Of a stretch of 64,000 bases of DNA, positions 37,539 through 47,697 are shown one piece after another (the stretch's first letter is position 1; every line of letters starts with the position of its first letter). The position numbers and the translations under genes are program-made. Origin of the DNA: Candidatus Altiarchaeia archaeon (GTDB lineage Archaea; Altiarchaeota; Altiarchaeia; IMC4; QMZM01); contig JBAQYF010000031.1 of assembly GCA_049299895.1 (NCBI GenBank), forward strand, positions 1,627-65,626, written 5' to 3'. Under the pieces are notes generated by a model. That model ran no database searches, was not told the DNA's origin, and saw only the letters and a list, made by a program, of their open reading frames with translations.

Positions 37539-40500
37539 ATGGACATCAGAAGCAAGACCTTCGCAGTCTTGGCATTGGTTTTTTTATGCATAATGGGGGC
37601 AGTCTATTTCTCTGCCGAAAACCTGCTTTTCAAGGGCTTCGAATCCGTTGAAATAAGCGACATGCAGGTGAATACTTACCGCGTGTACTCGGTCCTTTCC
37701 AGCAAATACTCCGCATTGGAGGTAATGACCGGGGATTGGGCCACGTCGAATGAGGCATATGAGTTTTTAGAGAACAGGGACGCCGGATACATAAAAGAGA
37801 ACCTTGACGACAAGGTCTTTGAAACAAACAGGATAAACCTCATTTTGTTCTACAACGCCTCCGGAAGCATATTATGGGGCAAGGCGTATGATTACAAGAA
37901 GTACGAGGAGCTGCCTATCCCCGACAGCCTGTTGTACATGCAGCCAAACGACCCCCTGATAAAACTCGACGCCAAAGACGCGAACACGGGAATATTAGTC
38001 ACTTCAAGCGGCCCCATGTACATATCCTCAAAACCCGTATTGACCGTGAAAGGCGAAGGGCCCCCTGATGGAACCCTCATAATCGGCCGCTTCCTCGACG
38101 CAGAAGAACGAGGCGACATATCCTGGATAACAGGGCTCCCGGTTTCTATTTACGCCGTATGGGACAAGGACCTCCCCCCGGATTACAAGGATGCCAGAAC
38201 GCATATTTCAGATGAGAGCCCAGTGTACGTTCGCCTGACCGGGAACGCATCCTTGAACGGATACGGAGTGATAAAGGACGTTTACGGAAAAGCAGCCATG
38301 ATATACCGGACGGAAAGCCCGAGAACTGTTTATCCTGTCGGCAAGGCCACCACAAGAGACCTCCTCGTGCTGGTGCTATTATCCAGCGTATTCTCCTGGC
38401 TGGTCATGCTGTTCTTCTTTGACCGAACAGTCCTCTTCAGGCTGTCCAAGATCGTCGGGGGCGTCATGAAAATAGGGGAAACAGGCAACCTCGAAACAAG
38501 GATCTCAGACAAAGGGAAAGATGAATTAAACGACCTTGCAGGGGCTATCAACACGATGCTTTCAAGGATAAACGATTCGGAAAAGGCGTTGAAAACATCA
38601 GAAGAGAAATATCACAGCCTCGTGGACAACATAAACGACGTCATATACGCGCTGGACAAGAAAGGATATTTTATTTATGTCAGCCCGACAGTAGAACGGC
38701 TCTTTGGATATAAAACAGAACAAATCATCGGAATCCATTTCTCAAGATTTATCTACCCGGAGGACTTGCATGACCTGATGGCAAGCTTTGAAAAGGTTCT
38801 CGCAGGAAAACTGGAGCCATACGAGTTTCGGATGACAGATATATCGGGTTCTATCCATTATATACGCAGCTCCAGCAGAGCCATAATAGAGAAAGACAAT
38901 GTGAGAGGCATATCCGGGATACTGACCGATGTCACCGAACGCAAGAAAGCCGAGGCCTCGCTCAAACAGAGCGAGGAAAAATATCACAGCCTCGTGGACA
39001 ACATAAACGACGTCATATACACGCTGAACGAAAAAGGAAAATTTACTTACGTCAGCCCGGCCGTTAAAAGAGCTTTGAAATACGAACCCAGGGAGATCAT
39101 CGGCAAGAGCTTTTCAGACATTGCGCATCCTGACGACCTGCAGGGGATGATAGACAACCTCCAGAGGACTCTGTTAGGGGAATTCGAACCCTATGAGTTC
39201 AGGGTAATAGACGGGGCCGGGGCCACGCGTTATCTGCGAAGCAGCGGCAAGGCCTTATTCGAGCGAGGCGTAGTCAAGGGGATCACCGGGATATTTACCG
39301 ACGTCACAGCCAGAAGAAAAGCAGAAAACGAACTACTTGAAACGACAAATTACCTGGAGAGTCTGATAAATTCAGCCAACGCACCCATCATCGTCTGGGA
39401 CCAGGGCTACCGGATAACGAGATTCAACCGCGCCTTTGAGTATCTCACGGGATATACCGCCGGCGAAGTCATAGGAAAGGATCTGAGCCTTCTATTCCCA
39501 AAAGAGAAGGAGGAAGAATCCATGTATAAGATCGCGAGGACCCTGAAAGAAGAGCGCTGGGAATCTGTGGAGATATCCATCCAGTGCAAGAACGGCGAGA
39601 TGCGCCTCGCGCTTTGGAATTCCGCCCACATTTATGACAAAGACGGAAAGACCCTGAGGGCAACTATCGCCCAGGGAGTCGATATCACAGAACGCAAGTA
39701 TACGGAAAAACGGCTCAGCCAGGAATTGAATAAGTTCAAGGTTCTCTATGACCTGGCTTTGAACATGTCGGAAAAGACATTGGAAGAGAACCTGAGATTT
39801 ATCGTGGAAAAAAGCCGCGAGATCCTGTCTACCGATACCGCATATATCGGACTATGCGACGACGAATACGGGGAAGTGCACATGCATACCGTTTCAGGCA
39901 TCAGGACCGAGTCTTTCAAACAGATGAAAGTCCCGTACGGAAAGGAGTTGGGCGGCCTGGTAATGCAGACGCGCAGAGGCTACATAGTAGACGACTATTT
40001 CAAGGACAAAAAGATATCGCACCCGGTCAACGGGATAATATCCGATGAAGGGCTTCTTTCAGGCATGGCGGTACCAATACAGGCCGGCCCTACGAACCTG
40101 GGAGTGCTGTATGTATTCAACCGCGAAAAGACCGGATTCACAGGCGAGGACCTTGCAACCCTCACGCTGCTCGGAAACCTCGCAGCCGTGGAGATAACCA
40201 ATAAGCGATCGCAGCAGGCTTTGCAGGATTCGAAGCAGCGTCTGGCGGACATAATAGACTTCCTCCCGGATGCAATGTTCGTAATAGACGGGAACGGAAG
40301 GGTCATAGCCTGGAACAAAGCGATAGAGGAACTCACAGGGCTCAAGGCGGACGATATCGTCGGCAGAGGGGATTATGATTATGCCCTCCCGTTCTACGGC
40401 AAGAAAAGGCCGCTCTTGATTGATCTAATCGGCAGGCCCGGGGATGAGATAAAAGCCCTTGGATACGCCGAAGTAGAGCGGGCCGGGGACACATTATTCG

Positions 40501-42206
40501 CCGAGTCCCGCTCTAATATTCTCAATCCGGGGAAAGGAGAAGAAACAGTCCTCTGGCTTAAAGCATCTCCCTTGTTTGATCGCACGGGCCGCCGCGTCGG
40601 CTCTATCGAATCCATGAGGGACGTTACGGAAAGAGAGAAAGCGGAGAACGCCCTGCAGGAATCGGAAAGCAGGCTTATGGACATAATAGACTTCCTGCCC
40701 GACGCGACATTCGTAATAGACGGGAACGGGAGGGTCATTGCCTGGAACAAGGCAATAGAGAAGATGACGGGCGTGAAAGCTGCGGATATACTGGGTAAAG
40801 GGGATTATGAGTATGCCCTGCCGTTCTACGAAGAGAGGAATCCCATCCTTGCAGACCTGGTGCTGAAGCCCGACGCATCGAAGAAAGAGATAAGATACGG
40901 AACCATGCATAGGGCGGGTAATGTCCTTATCGAGGAATCATATGTAAAGAAACTCGGCATGTATCTTTCTTCCGTGGCCGTGGCATTGTATGATTCGGAA
41001 GGAAACATCACGGGAGCTATCGAATCCATAAGGGATATAACGGAACGCAATCTCATGGAAGAAGCACTCTCGGAATCCGAGCAGAAGTTCAGAACGCTTT
41101 TCAATTCGGCAAGCGACACAATATTCATATATGATCTGGAAGGAAAATTCATAGAAGTGAATGACGCGGCATGCGATAAGCTGGGTTTTACAAGAGAGCA
41201 GATCCTCAGGATGTCCTCCAGCGAAATAGAGGCTCCCGAATACGGCGAACTCATGCATCAGAGGATAAATGAGGTCCTGGAAAAGGGCCGCATAATATTC
41301 GAAAGCGGCCATGTGCGAAGAGACGGGAGGCTTATACCGGTAGAAATAAACAGCAGGGCAATAGAGTATTCAGGAAAGAAAGCGGTTCTCAGCATAGCAA
41401 GAGACATAACCGAGAGGAAAAAGGCAGAAGAAAAACTGAAAGAATATTCATTAAACCTGGAGAGAATGGTTGAAGAGCGCACAAAAGATCTGGAGGAAGA
41501 AAAGAACCGGGTGCAGGAACTGCTTAACTTCAAGACGCAATTCATGAACCAGCTAAGCCACGACCTCAGAACTCCGCTGACTCCGATGATGGCCCTGATG
41601 CCGCTCCTTGAACCGCACATAACGAACGAAAGAGACAAAGAAAGATTCCATGTCATAAATAACAACATCCAGTACATGAGGAATCTTGTTGTAAGCATTC
41701 TTGACATAGCCAGAATGGACGCAGGAAGATTCACCCTCAACAAGACAAAAATAAATCTTTATAAGATGGTGGAAAATATAATATCAGACACAATGGTAGT
41801 CTTCGAAAAATCCAATATCACATCAATAAACAGGGTACCGGAAAACATATATGTGTACGCGGATGAACTCCACATAAAAGAGGTTTTCGAGAACCTGATA
41901 AGTAACTCCATAAGATACAGCCCGGCAGGAGGGACCATAACCCTTGCCGCAGCAGAAAGAGAAAACGCGGTGGAGATATCAGTCACAGACACGGGAATAG
42001 GAATGGAAAAAACCCAGATAAGCGGGCTATTCACAGAGTTCTTTAAAGCAGACACATCAAGGCACGACCCATACTCAACAGGCCTCGGACTGTCAATATG
42101 CAAGAGAATAGTCGAGAAACACGGAGGCAGGATAAACGCTTCAAGCAATGGAATAAACAAGGGCATGACCATATCATTCACGCTTCCAAAAGAAAAAACA
42201 GAATAG
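37539..42206 (+). CDS. Multi-domain sensor histidine kinase (TM plus extracytoplasmic sensor, at least 6 PAS, GAF, HisKA, HATPase_c)
   Basis: N-terminal TM helix, repeated PAS blocks (two pairs near-identical at nt level), GAF region, H-box SHDLRTPL, G-boxes DTGIGM / GLGLSIC. Confidence 0.85.
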   Translation: MDIRSKTFAVLALVFLCIMGAVYFSAENLLFKGFESVEISDMQVNTYRVYSVLSSKYSALEVMTGDWATSNEAYEFLENRDAGYIKENLDDKVFETNRINLILFYNASGSILWGKAYDYKKYEELPIPDSLLYMQPNDPLIKLDAKDANTGILVTSSGPMYISSKPVLTVKGEGPPDGTLIIGRFLDAEERGDISWITGLPVSIYAVWDKDLPPDYKDARTHISDESPVYVRLTGNASLNGYGVIKDVYGKAAMIYRTESPRTVYPVGKATTRDLLVLVLLSSVFSWLVMLFFFDRTVLFRLSKIVGGVMKIGETGNLETRISDKGKDELNDLAGAINTMLSRINDSEKALKTSEEKYHSLVDNINDVIYALDKKGYFIYVSPTVERLFGYKTEQIIGIHFSRFIYPEDLHDLMASFEKVLAGKLEPYEFRMTDISGSIHYIRSSSRAIIEKDNVRGISGILTDVTERKKAEASLKQSEEKYHSLVDNINDVIYTLNEKGKFTYVSPAVKRALKYEPREIIGKSFSDIAHPDDLQGMIDNLQRTLLGEFEPYEFRVIDGAGATRYLRSSGKALFERGVVKGITGIFTDVTARRKAENELLETTNYLESLINSANAPIIVWDQGYRITRFNRAFEYLTGYTAGEVIGKDLSLLFPKEKEEESMYKIARTLKEERWESVEISIQCKNGEMRLALWNSAHIYDKDGKTLRATIAQGVDITERKYTEKRLSQELNKFKVLYDLALNMSEKTLEENLRFIVEKSREILSTDTAYIGLCDDEYGEVHMHTVSGIRTESFKQMKVPYGKELGGLVMQTRRGYIVDDYFKDKKISHPVNGIISDEGLLSGMAVPIQAGPTNLGVLYVFNREKTGFTGEDLATLTLLGNLAAVEITNKRSQQALQDSKQRLADIIDFLPDAMFVIDGNGRVIAWNKAIEELTGLKADDIVGRGDYDYALPFYGKKRPLLIDLIGRPGDEIKALGYAEVERAGDTLFAESRSNILNPGKGEETVLWLKASPLFDRTGRRVGSIESMRDVTEREKAENALQESESRLMDIIDFLPDATFVIDGNGRVIAWNKAIEKMTGVKAADILGKGDYEYALPFYEERNPILADLVLKPDASKKEIRYGTMHRAGNVLIEESYVKKLGMYLSSVAVALYDSEGNITGAIESIRDITERNLMEEALSESEQKFRTLFNSASDTIFIYDLEGKFIEVNDAACDKLGFTREQILRMSSSEIEAPEYGELMHQRINEVLEKGRIIFESGHVRRDGRLIPVEINSRAIEYSGKKAVLSIARDITERKKAEEKLKEYSLNLERMVEERTKDLEEEKNRVQELLNFKTQFMNQLSHDLRTPLTPMMALMPLLEPHITNERDKERFHVINNNIQYMRNLVVSILDIARMDAGRFTLNKTKINLYKMVENIISDTMVVFEKSNITSINRVPENIYVYADELHIKEVFENLISNSIRYSPAGGTITLAAAERENAVEISVTDTGIGMEKTQISGLFTEFFKADTSRHDPYSTGLGLSICKRIVEKHGGRINASSNGINKGMTISFTLPKEKTE

Positions 42207-42657
42207 AAAAAAACAACAACTACGCCTTAAAGAACATATGCTGCGCACCCCAATAGGCACACACCAAATATGAGGCTCGCAGGGCATCCTTGCATGTTTC
42301 TAATAACGGAATATGGGACACATTGGACCGATTCGCTTCCAGAACCTACGGCTGCCCGCAGTTGGGATCCTATCCGATAGACCAACCGGGATCCCAAATC
42401 CGTTATCCAAATGCACACACATAAACGCATACCCCGGCAAAAAGAACGCGAACATCGACAATGAGAAGGACTATTAATAATCCTTTCGGCCTAAACCGAA
42501 AGAAAACGGCAGGGTTTATATAAGCCGGCAGAGCATACAATAACATGAGGAACAACGGATTCGTGCTGGCCTATTCCCTGCTTACATCGGGGCTGCTCCT
42601 GGTGGTAGTGATCGGCTACATGTTCAGGGACTTGTTAAGAGGGATCGGAATCTAAGA

Positions 42658-42972
42658 TCATTTCACAACTGCGCCTTTCCAGGAGCGCATGCCTCCCGCC
42701 ATGATCTTCACGTTGAAGCCTTTTTCTCCCAGGAGTTTAGCCGCAACCTTCGCCCTGCCGCCCGAAAGGCAGATGGCAACGATGCTCTTATCTTTCTTCA
42801 GCTCTTTTATGCGGTTATGCAGGTCTGACAGGGGAACGTTGACAGCGCCGGGTATGTGCCCCAGCGCGTATTCGTCCTCCTCCCGGACATCCAGTAAAAG
42901 GCATTCTTTTTGATACTCGGATAGTTTTTCCGAGACTCTTGCAGGATCAACGTCCGCATCAATGCTTGTCAT
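42658..42972 (-). CDS. Single-domain rhodanese-like sulfurtransferase
   Basis: Active-site loop AICLSGGRA. Confidence 0.75.
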   Translation of the reverse strand: MTSIDADVDPARVSEKLSEYQKECLLLDVREEDEYALGHIPGAVNVPLSDLHNRIKELKKDKSIVAICLSGGRAKVAAKLLGEKGFNVKIMAGGMRSWKGAVVK

Positions 42973-42980
42973 TTTTACAG

Positions 42981-44243
42981 TTATACGCCGCTCACGGTAG
43001 TGCTTCCCTCGGGTATCACCAGGACGCTTGCTTCTTTTCCGTGTTTTTTCAGTGTCTGCTGCAGCGCCTCGTCAACGGATTTCGCGTACTTGAATCTGTA
43101 TAGGCCCTCGACTTCATCCCTGGGCATCGCAGTTACAAGGTATATGTCCGCCTTCTCGATAGCCAGAAGGTTGTAGTAGGCCTTGTGCCCGCCGATGTTA
43201 AACTCCCGGTCAAGCTCTTTTCTCATCTCTTCCTTGGTCTTGTATTTCTTCATCCAGGCCTCATAGTTCTTGTTTCCGGGACCCTCCGGGCACTCGGCGA
43301 GCAGGATGACCGATCCTCCGTCTTTCACCACGGCAAGGGCTAGATGGAGCGCCTTGTAGGCCTGGTATAGGTCGATGTCATGGGGGGATCCGTTGGCCGA
43401 CGATATCACGATATCTGCTTTCTCTTTTGCCTTTGCCATGTAGATCTTCTCCACGAGGGCCGCGCCTTTCTTCAGGACTATGTCGAAGTCGCCGGCATAC
43501 GCGCCCACTATCCCTTTTTCGTCCTGGACGACGTTTATGGTATAATCGACTTTTGCGAACCTTGCAGCTTCGGTCATGTTCTCGTACATCGGGTTCCCGT
43601 CCAGCTTTGCGGGCCTGGCGTTCGGGTCGAAGAAATTACGTTTATAGTTGTCCTGTATGGTGTCATAGCGCACTATTCCCGGGAGGATGCTTTTACGTCC
43701 TCCGCCGTAGCCTGCGAAGTAGTGTATCTCCACGTCGCCTGTGAGGATCTTTATGTCCGCATCGTAGAACGCTTTTTTGAGCATGACTTTCGTCCCTCTC
43801 CCGGTCGTCCCGATGTCCACGTAATCCGTTCCCCAGGAGTCGTTGCTTATGTATCTTATCCTCGACGCGATCTCTTTTCCGAGGAGCTTTTCCGCTTCGT
43901 CCTTCGAGGTCGTCCTGTGGCTCCCGGTAGCAAATATTATCAGGATGTTCTCGTCTTTCACGCCCGCGGAATACAATTCCTCAAGCAGGGGCGGAAGGAT
44001 CCTGTCCGTGGGACAGGGCCTCGTATGATCGTCTACGGCGATCGCAACGACGTCCTTTTTCTTTTTTGCCTTTAGGATCTCGGAAAGAGTCTTTGTCCCC
44101 TGGGGATTCCTGAGCGCGTTCTTTATCAGGCTTTCAGGGTCTTCTTTAGCAGTATATTCGGCGGGCCTGAGTATTCCTGCAAGATTCTTCTCGGGTACGT
44201 TAACGGTTGTTCCTTTTTTTCCGTATGGCAGATGTATATTCAT
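42981..44243 (-). CDS. LarA-like (lactate racemase family, DUF2088) nickel-pincer-cofactor enzyme homologue
   Basis: 420 aa with the LarA N-terminal domain pattern (..VAIAVDDHTRP.., ..GSHR.., ..HYFAGYGGG..). Confidence 0.6.
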   Translation of the reverse strand: MNIHLPYGKKGTTVNVPEKNLAGILRPAEYTAKEDPESLIKNALRNPQGTKTLSEILKAKKKKDVVAIAVDDHTRPCPTDRILPPLLEELYSAGVKDENILIIFATGSHRTTSKDEAEKLLGKEIASRIRYISNDSWGTDYVDIGTTGRGTKVMLKKAFYDADIKILTGDVEIHYFAGYGGGRKSILPGIVRYDTIQDNYKRNFFDPNARPAKLDGNPMYENMTEAARFAKVDYTINVVQDEKGIVGAYAGDFDIVLKKGAALVEKIYMAKAKEKADIVISSANGSPHDIDLYQAYKALHLALAVVKDGGSVILLAECPEGPGNKNYEAWMKKYKTKEEMRKELDREFNIGGHKAYYNLLAIEKADIYLVTAMPRDEVEGLYRFKYAKSVDEALQQTLKKHGKEASVLVIPEGSTTVSGV

Positions 44244-44497
44244 TTTGCTTGCGTTTTATGCTACAAACGATATTTATTAAAGAGCGGGGCAATAAATTTC
44301 AGGATGGACACGATCCTTACACGCCGGAGCATCGGGAAATACGGGAAAAAGCAGGTTTCCGGCGTAATCGTAAGGGACCTCCTTAAAGCTGCAATGGCTG
44401 CGCCTTCCGCCTGAAACGAGCGGACGCGGGAATTCGTTATCATACGGAAGACCGCTTCGATGAGGCCAGGATACGTTATAATAAATGGTGAGATATA

Positions 44498-45052
44498 ATG
44501 AAAGCAGTTGGTTTCATAGGTAGTCCGAGGAAGGGCGGGAGCACTGAGATACTCGTAAATGAGATACTGGCGGGCGCATCGGAAAAAGGGGCGCAGATCG
44601 CAGTTTATAATGTCACGGAACTGAACATCAAAGGCTGCAAGGCATGTTACAGCTGCCGTGACCGCATAGGCTGCATCTTAAAGGACGACATGCAGAAGCT
44701 TTATGAGGAGATAAACAAAGCGAGTGCAGTAGTATTCGGATCCCCTATATACATGTGGCAGATGAGCGGGCAGATGAAGTTATTCATCGACCGGCTGCTG
44801 CCGTTCCAGAACCCCGGGTCCCCGCTGAAAAAAGGGAAAAGAAAAGACCTGATCCTGGCATTCACCCAGGGACAAACCGACAGCGCGCTCTTTATGCCTT
44901 ACTATGAATCGACAGGGGAGATGCTTGAAGTCCTTGGATTCAACATTAAAGGGCTTATCGTCGCACCCGGCGTGGACGAAAAAGGGGGCGTCCTGAAGCA
45001 GAAAGACACCCTGAAGAAGGCAAGGATGATGGGCAGGGACCTTTTTAATTAA
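44498..45052 (+). CDS. Flavodoxin-like NADPH-dependent FMN reductase / iron-sulfur-flavoprotein-like
   Basis: GSPRKGGST FMN-binding loop, CKACYSC, FGSPIYMW. Confidence 0.7.
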   Translation: MKAVGFIGSPRKGGSTEILVNEILAGASEKGAQIAVYNVTELNIKGCKACYSCRDRIGCILKDDMQKLYEEINKASAVVFGSPIYMWQMSGQMKLFIDRLLPFQNPGSPLKKGKRKDLILAFTQGQTDSALFMPYYESTGEMLEVLGFNIKGLIVAPGVDEKGGVLKQKDTLKKARMMGRDLFN

Positions 45053-45293
45053 AATGCTCATACTGTTTCTTTAGTCTTGGCTTCGGCTGCTTTTCTATTA
45101 TCGAATTATGCTGGGGGCATAGACCCGTTCCTGGAAGAGACAAGGCCATATATCTGTGATCGATACGGAAGGATCCGAGAGCGATGATCTGTGCCCTGAC
45201 AGGGATAGTGCATGAGGGGTATTCCGTGGACGAAGCTTGGGGGGATGAGAAGTTTATATACTCTTATCCAGCATTATATAATGGCATATCAAA

Positions 45294-46130
45294 ATGGTCA
45301 ACCTGGACAGGAGATGCCCCAGCGGCATAATAGGCTTGGACGAGTTAATCGAGGGCGGATTCCCTAGGCAGAGAAGCATTCTTTTATCGGGAACGTGCGG
45401 GAGCGGGAAGACTACATTCGCCGTGCAATTCCTATACAAGGGGATAACAGATTATAATGAACCCGGGATACTCATATCCTTAGAGCAGGACCCAAGAGAA
45501 CTGAAGGAGGATATGGCGGCTTTCGGTTTCGACCTCCAGAAGGAGGAAGACCAGGGACGGCTTATAATAATAGATGCAAGCCTTGCGAGAGCAGGCACAA
45601 GCAGGATGGACGCCTCCATAACCTCTTCGCGCATGTTCTCAGAGCAGCCCTTCGGAAGCAGGTCTTTGATGCCGGACGAATTCAACATAGACAGGATACT
45701 GGACTTAGTCGTTGAAGACGCACGCAAGATAGGCGCAAAAAGGGTGGCTTTAGACAGCCTGCCTGCACTCGAGTTCCTGATGGGAAACCAGAGCGAGACA
45801 GAGATGAGACACTCCATAAGGCAACTCCTGATATCGATCAATTACCGGCTTAAGAGCGCAGGACTTACAACCATGCTCATAACAGAGATACCCGAGGAAG
45901 GTCCGAGGATCAGTTCCGCCCACGGGGTGGAAAGTTACATTGCCGACGGCGCAATAAACATGTACTACACCACCATGGGAATGGAATCGGGAAGAAACAT
46001 GATAATCAGAAAAATGAGAGGAACCGCCCACTCGGAAGACGTGCACCCGCTGGCATTTAAAAAGGGTATGGGGATATATGTAATGAAGTCCGCAGATACC
46101 TTCCAGGAACTGGAGAAACGACCGTTCTAG
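45294..46130 (+). CDS. KaiC-like single-domain RecA-superfamily ATPase, paralogue A
   Basis: GIIGLDELIEGGFPRQRSILLSGTCGSGKTTFAVQFLYKG (Walker A). KaiC/RadA-like fold. Confidence 0.75.
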   Translation: MVNLDRRCPSGIIGLDELIEGGFPRQRSILLSGTCGSGKTTFAVQFLYKGITDYNEPGILISLEQDPRELKEDMAAFGFDLQKEEDQGRLIIIDASLARAGTSRMDASITSSRMFSEQPFGSRSLMPDEFNIDRILDLVVEDARKIGAKRVALDSLPALEFLMGNQSETEMRHSIRQLLISINYRLKSAGLTTMLITEIPEEGPRISSAHGVESYIADGAINMYYTTMGMESGRNMIIRKMRGTAHSEDVHPLAFKKGMGIYVMKSADTFQELEKRPF

Positions 46131-46159
46131 GCAAAAGAGGTACGGATCATAAGGTTGAC

Positions 46160-46981
46160 ATGAATAAACGGTGCCCAACCGGCATTCCAGGTTTGGATAA
46201 CCTCCTTGAAGGAGGGTTTCCCAGACAGCGTAGCATACTTCTTTCAGGTTCTTCCGGCAGCGGGAAAACCACGTTCGCAGTGCAATTTCTGTATAAGGGC
46301 ATAACGGAGTATAACGAACCGGGCATACTCATATGCCTCGAACAGGACCCAAAAGAGCTCAAACAGGACATGCTCGACTACGGCTTCGACCTGCAGAAAG
46401 CAGAATTAGACGGAAAACTCATAATAATAGACGCAAGCCTCTCAAGGGTGGGAACAGAAATAAAAAGCTCTGGTTCCAACATATGCTCAAGCAGCTTCAA
46501 AGACCGACCGGAAGGCAGCATGTCTCTTCTCCCGGACGAATTCAACATAGAAAAGATACTGGACATAGTAATCGAAGACGCAGCGAAGATCAATGCAAAA
46601 AGAGTGGCTCTGGACAGCCTGCCGGCGTTGGAATTCCTCCTGGGGAACAGGAACGAGACAGAGATGAAGCACGCGGTGAGGCAGTTGTTAATATCCATAA
46701 ACTTCCGGCTGAAGAACGCAGGATTAACGACGCTCCTCATAACGGAAATACCCGAAGACGGGGGCCCGAGGATGGGCTCTGCCCACGGGGTGGAAAGCTA
46801 TGTCGCAGACGGCGCAATAAACATGTACTACACCACCATGGGAATGGAATCAGGAAGAAACATGATAATCAGAAAAATGAGAGGAACAGCCCACTCGGAA
46901 GACGTGCACCCGCTCTCATTCAAAAGAGGCGTCGGCATACAGATAATGGAACCTGCGGACGTTTCCAGAAGACCGTTCTAA
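46160..46981 (+). CDS. KaiC-like single-domain ATPase, paralogue B
   Basis: GIPGLDNLLEGGFPRQRSILLSGSSGSGKTTFAVQFLYKG. The 3' ~140 nt are nearly identical to paralogue A. Confidence 0.75.
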   Translation: MNKRCPTGIPGLDNLLEGGFPRQRSILLSGSSGSGKTTFAVQFLYKGITEYNEPGILICLEQDPKELKQDMLDYGFDLQKAELDGKLIIIDASLSRVGTEIKSSGSNICSSSFKDRPEGSMSLLPDEFNIEKILDIVIEDAAKINAKRVALDSLPALEFLLGNRNETEMKHAVRQLLISINFRLKNAGLTTLLITEIPEDGGPRMGSAHGVESYVADGAINMYYTTMGMESGRNMIIRKMRGTAHSEDVHPLSFKRGVGIQIMEPADVSRRPF

Positions 46982-47115
46982 ACAAGCCCGGCATCAGAAC
47001 AAAACCACGACAGGATAAACACACAGGGGGACTATTTAAGCCCTGCGCGCCGCATGACGAAAATAGCTCATAGCACGCCTTGCAAGGCCCGTAAAAAAAA
47101 AGATATTGAAAGAAA

Positions 47116-47697
47116 TCAGCGATTCATCCTGGAAGAAATATCATAAACCCTTAAGCCAAGATTTTTTACAGTCGCAACCCCTGTCTCATCCATCAGCGCA
47201 TCCCCGGGGTTCCGTCCAATCGCGATCCCTCCGAAATGCGCAGTCTTTTTGTCCGCGACGACGATCATCTCGTGTATCATCATCCAGTTCTGTATGTCGC
47301 GTATGACGTTCTCCTGTCCGCCGTTCCGGGAGCCGCCGATGGCTATTGCTCCGCCGACTTTCCCGGACAGCCGGAAATTGTTTCTGCGCAGGGGCATGGT
47401 TCTGTCAAACAACGTCTTCAGTTGACCGGATACCGAGCCGAAGTATGTAGGCGAGCCTATGATGATCGCGTCTGCCGCCGCCATCGCGTCGAGTATTTGC
47501 CGTACATCGTCTTCCTTCGGGCAAGGCGCTTTTCCCCCGGAGCATGCGTCGCAGTTGTCGCAGAACAGGATATTCTTTCCAGATAGGGATATCAATTCAG
47601 TCTCTGCGCCCTTCCCGTCACATACTTTAAGCGCTTCTTTTACTAGCTGCTCTGTGTTGCCGTTCCTTCGGGGCGACCCTGCTATTCCGAGGATTTT
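47116..47697 (-). CDS. Flavodoxin-like FMN reductase / Isf-like flavoprotein
   Basis: MKILGIAGSPRRNGNT, CDNCDAC, IGSPTYFG. Its ATG overlaps the stop of the upstream MTase. Confidence 0.7.
   Translation of the reverse strand, partial: KILGIAGSPRRNGNTEQLVKEALKVCDGKGAETELISLSGKNILFCDNCDACSGGKAPCPKEDDVRQILDAMAAADAIIIGSPTYFGSVSGQLKTLFDRTMPLRRNNFRLSGKVGGAIAIGGSRNGGQENVIRDIQNWMMIHEMIVVADKKTAHFGGIAIGRNPGDALMDETGVATVKNLGLRVYDISSRMNR

Noticed and set aside
37630-41743. Multiple minus-strand ORFs inside the histidine kinase
   Set aside because: They are antisense to a domain-rich 1555-aa gene and show no motifs.
42207-42657. A 450-nt gap after the kinase, with hairpins and a 36-codon hydrophobic ORF (42546..42656); also checked for tRNA-like structure
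   Set aside because: No cloverleaf with T-loop or D-loop signatures could be built by eye. The small ORF is possible but unsupported, so it is left unannotated.
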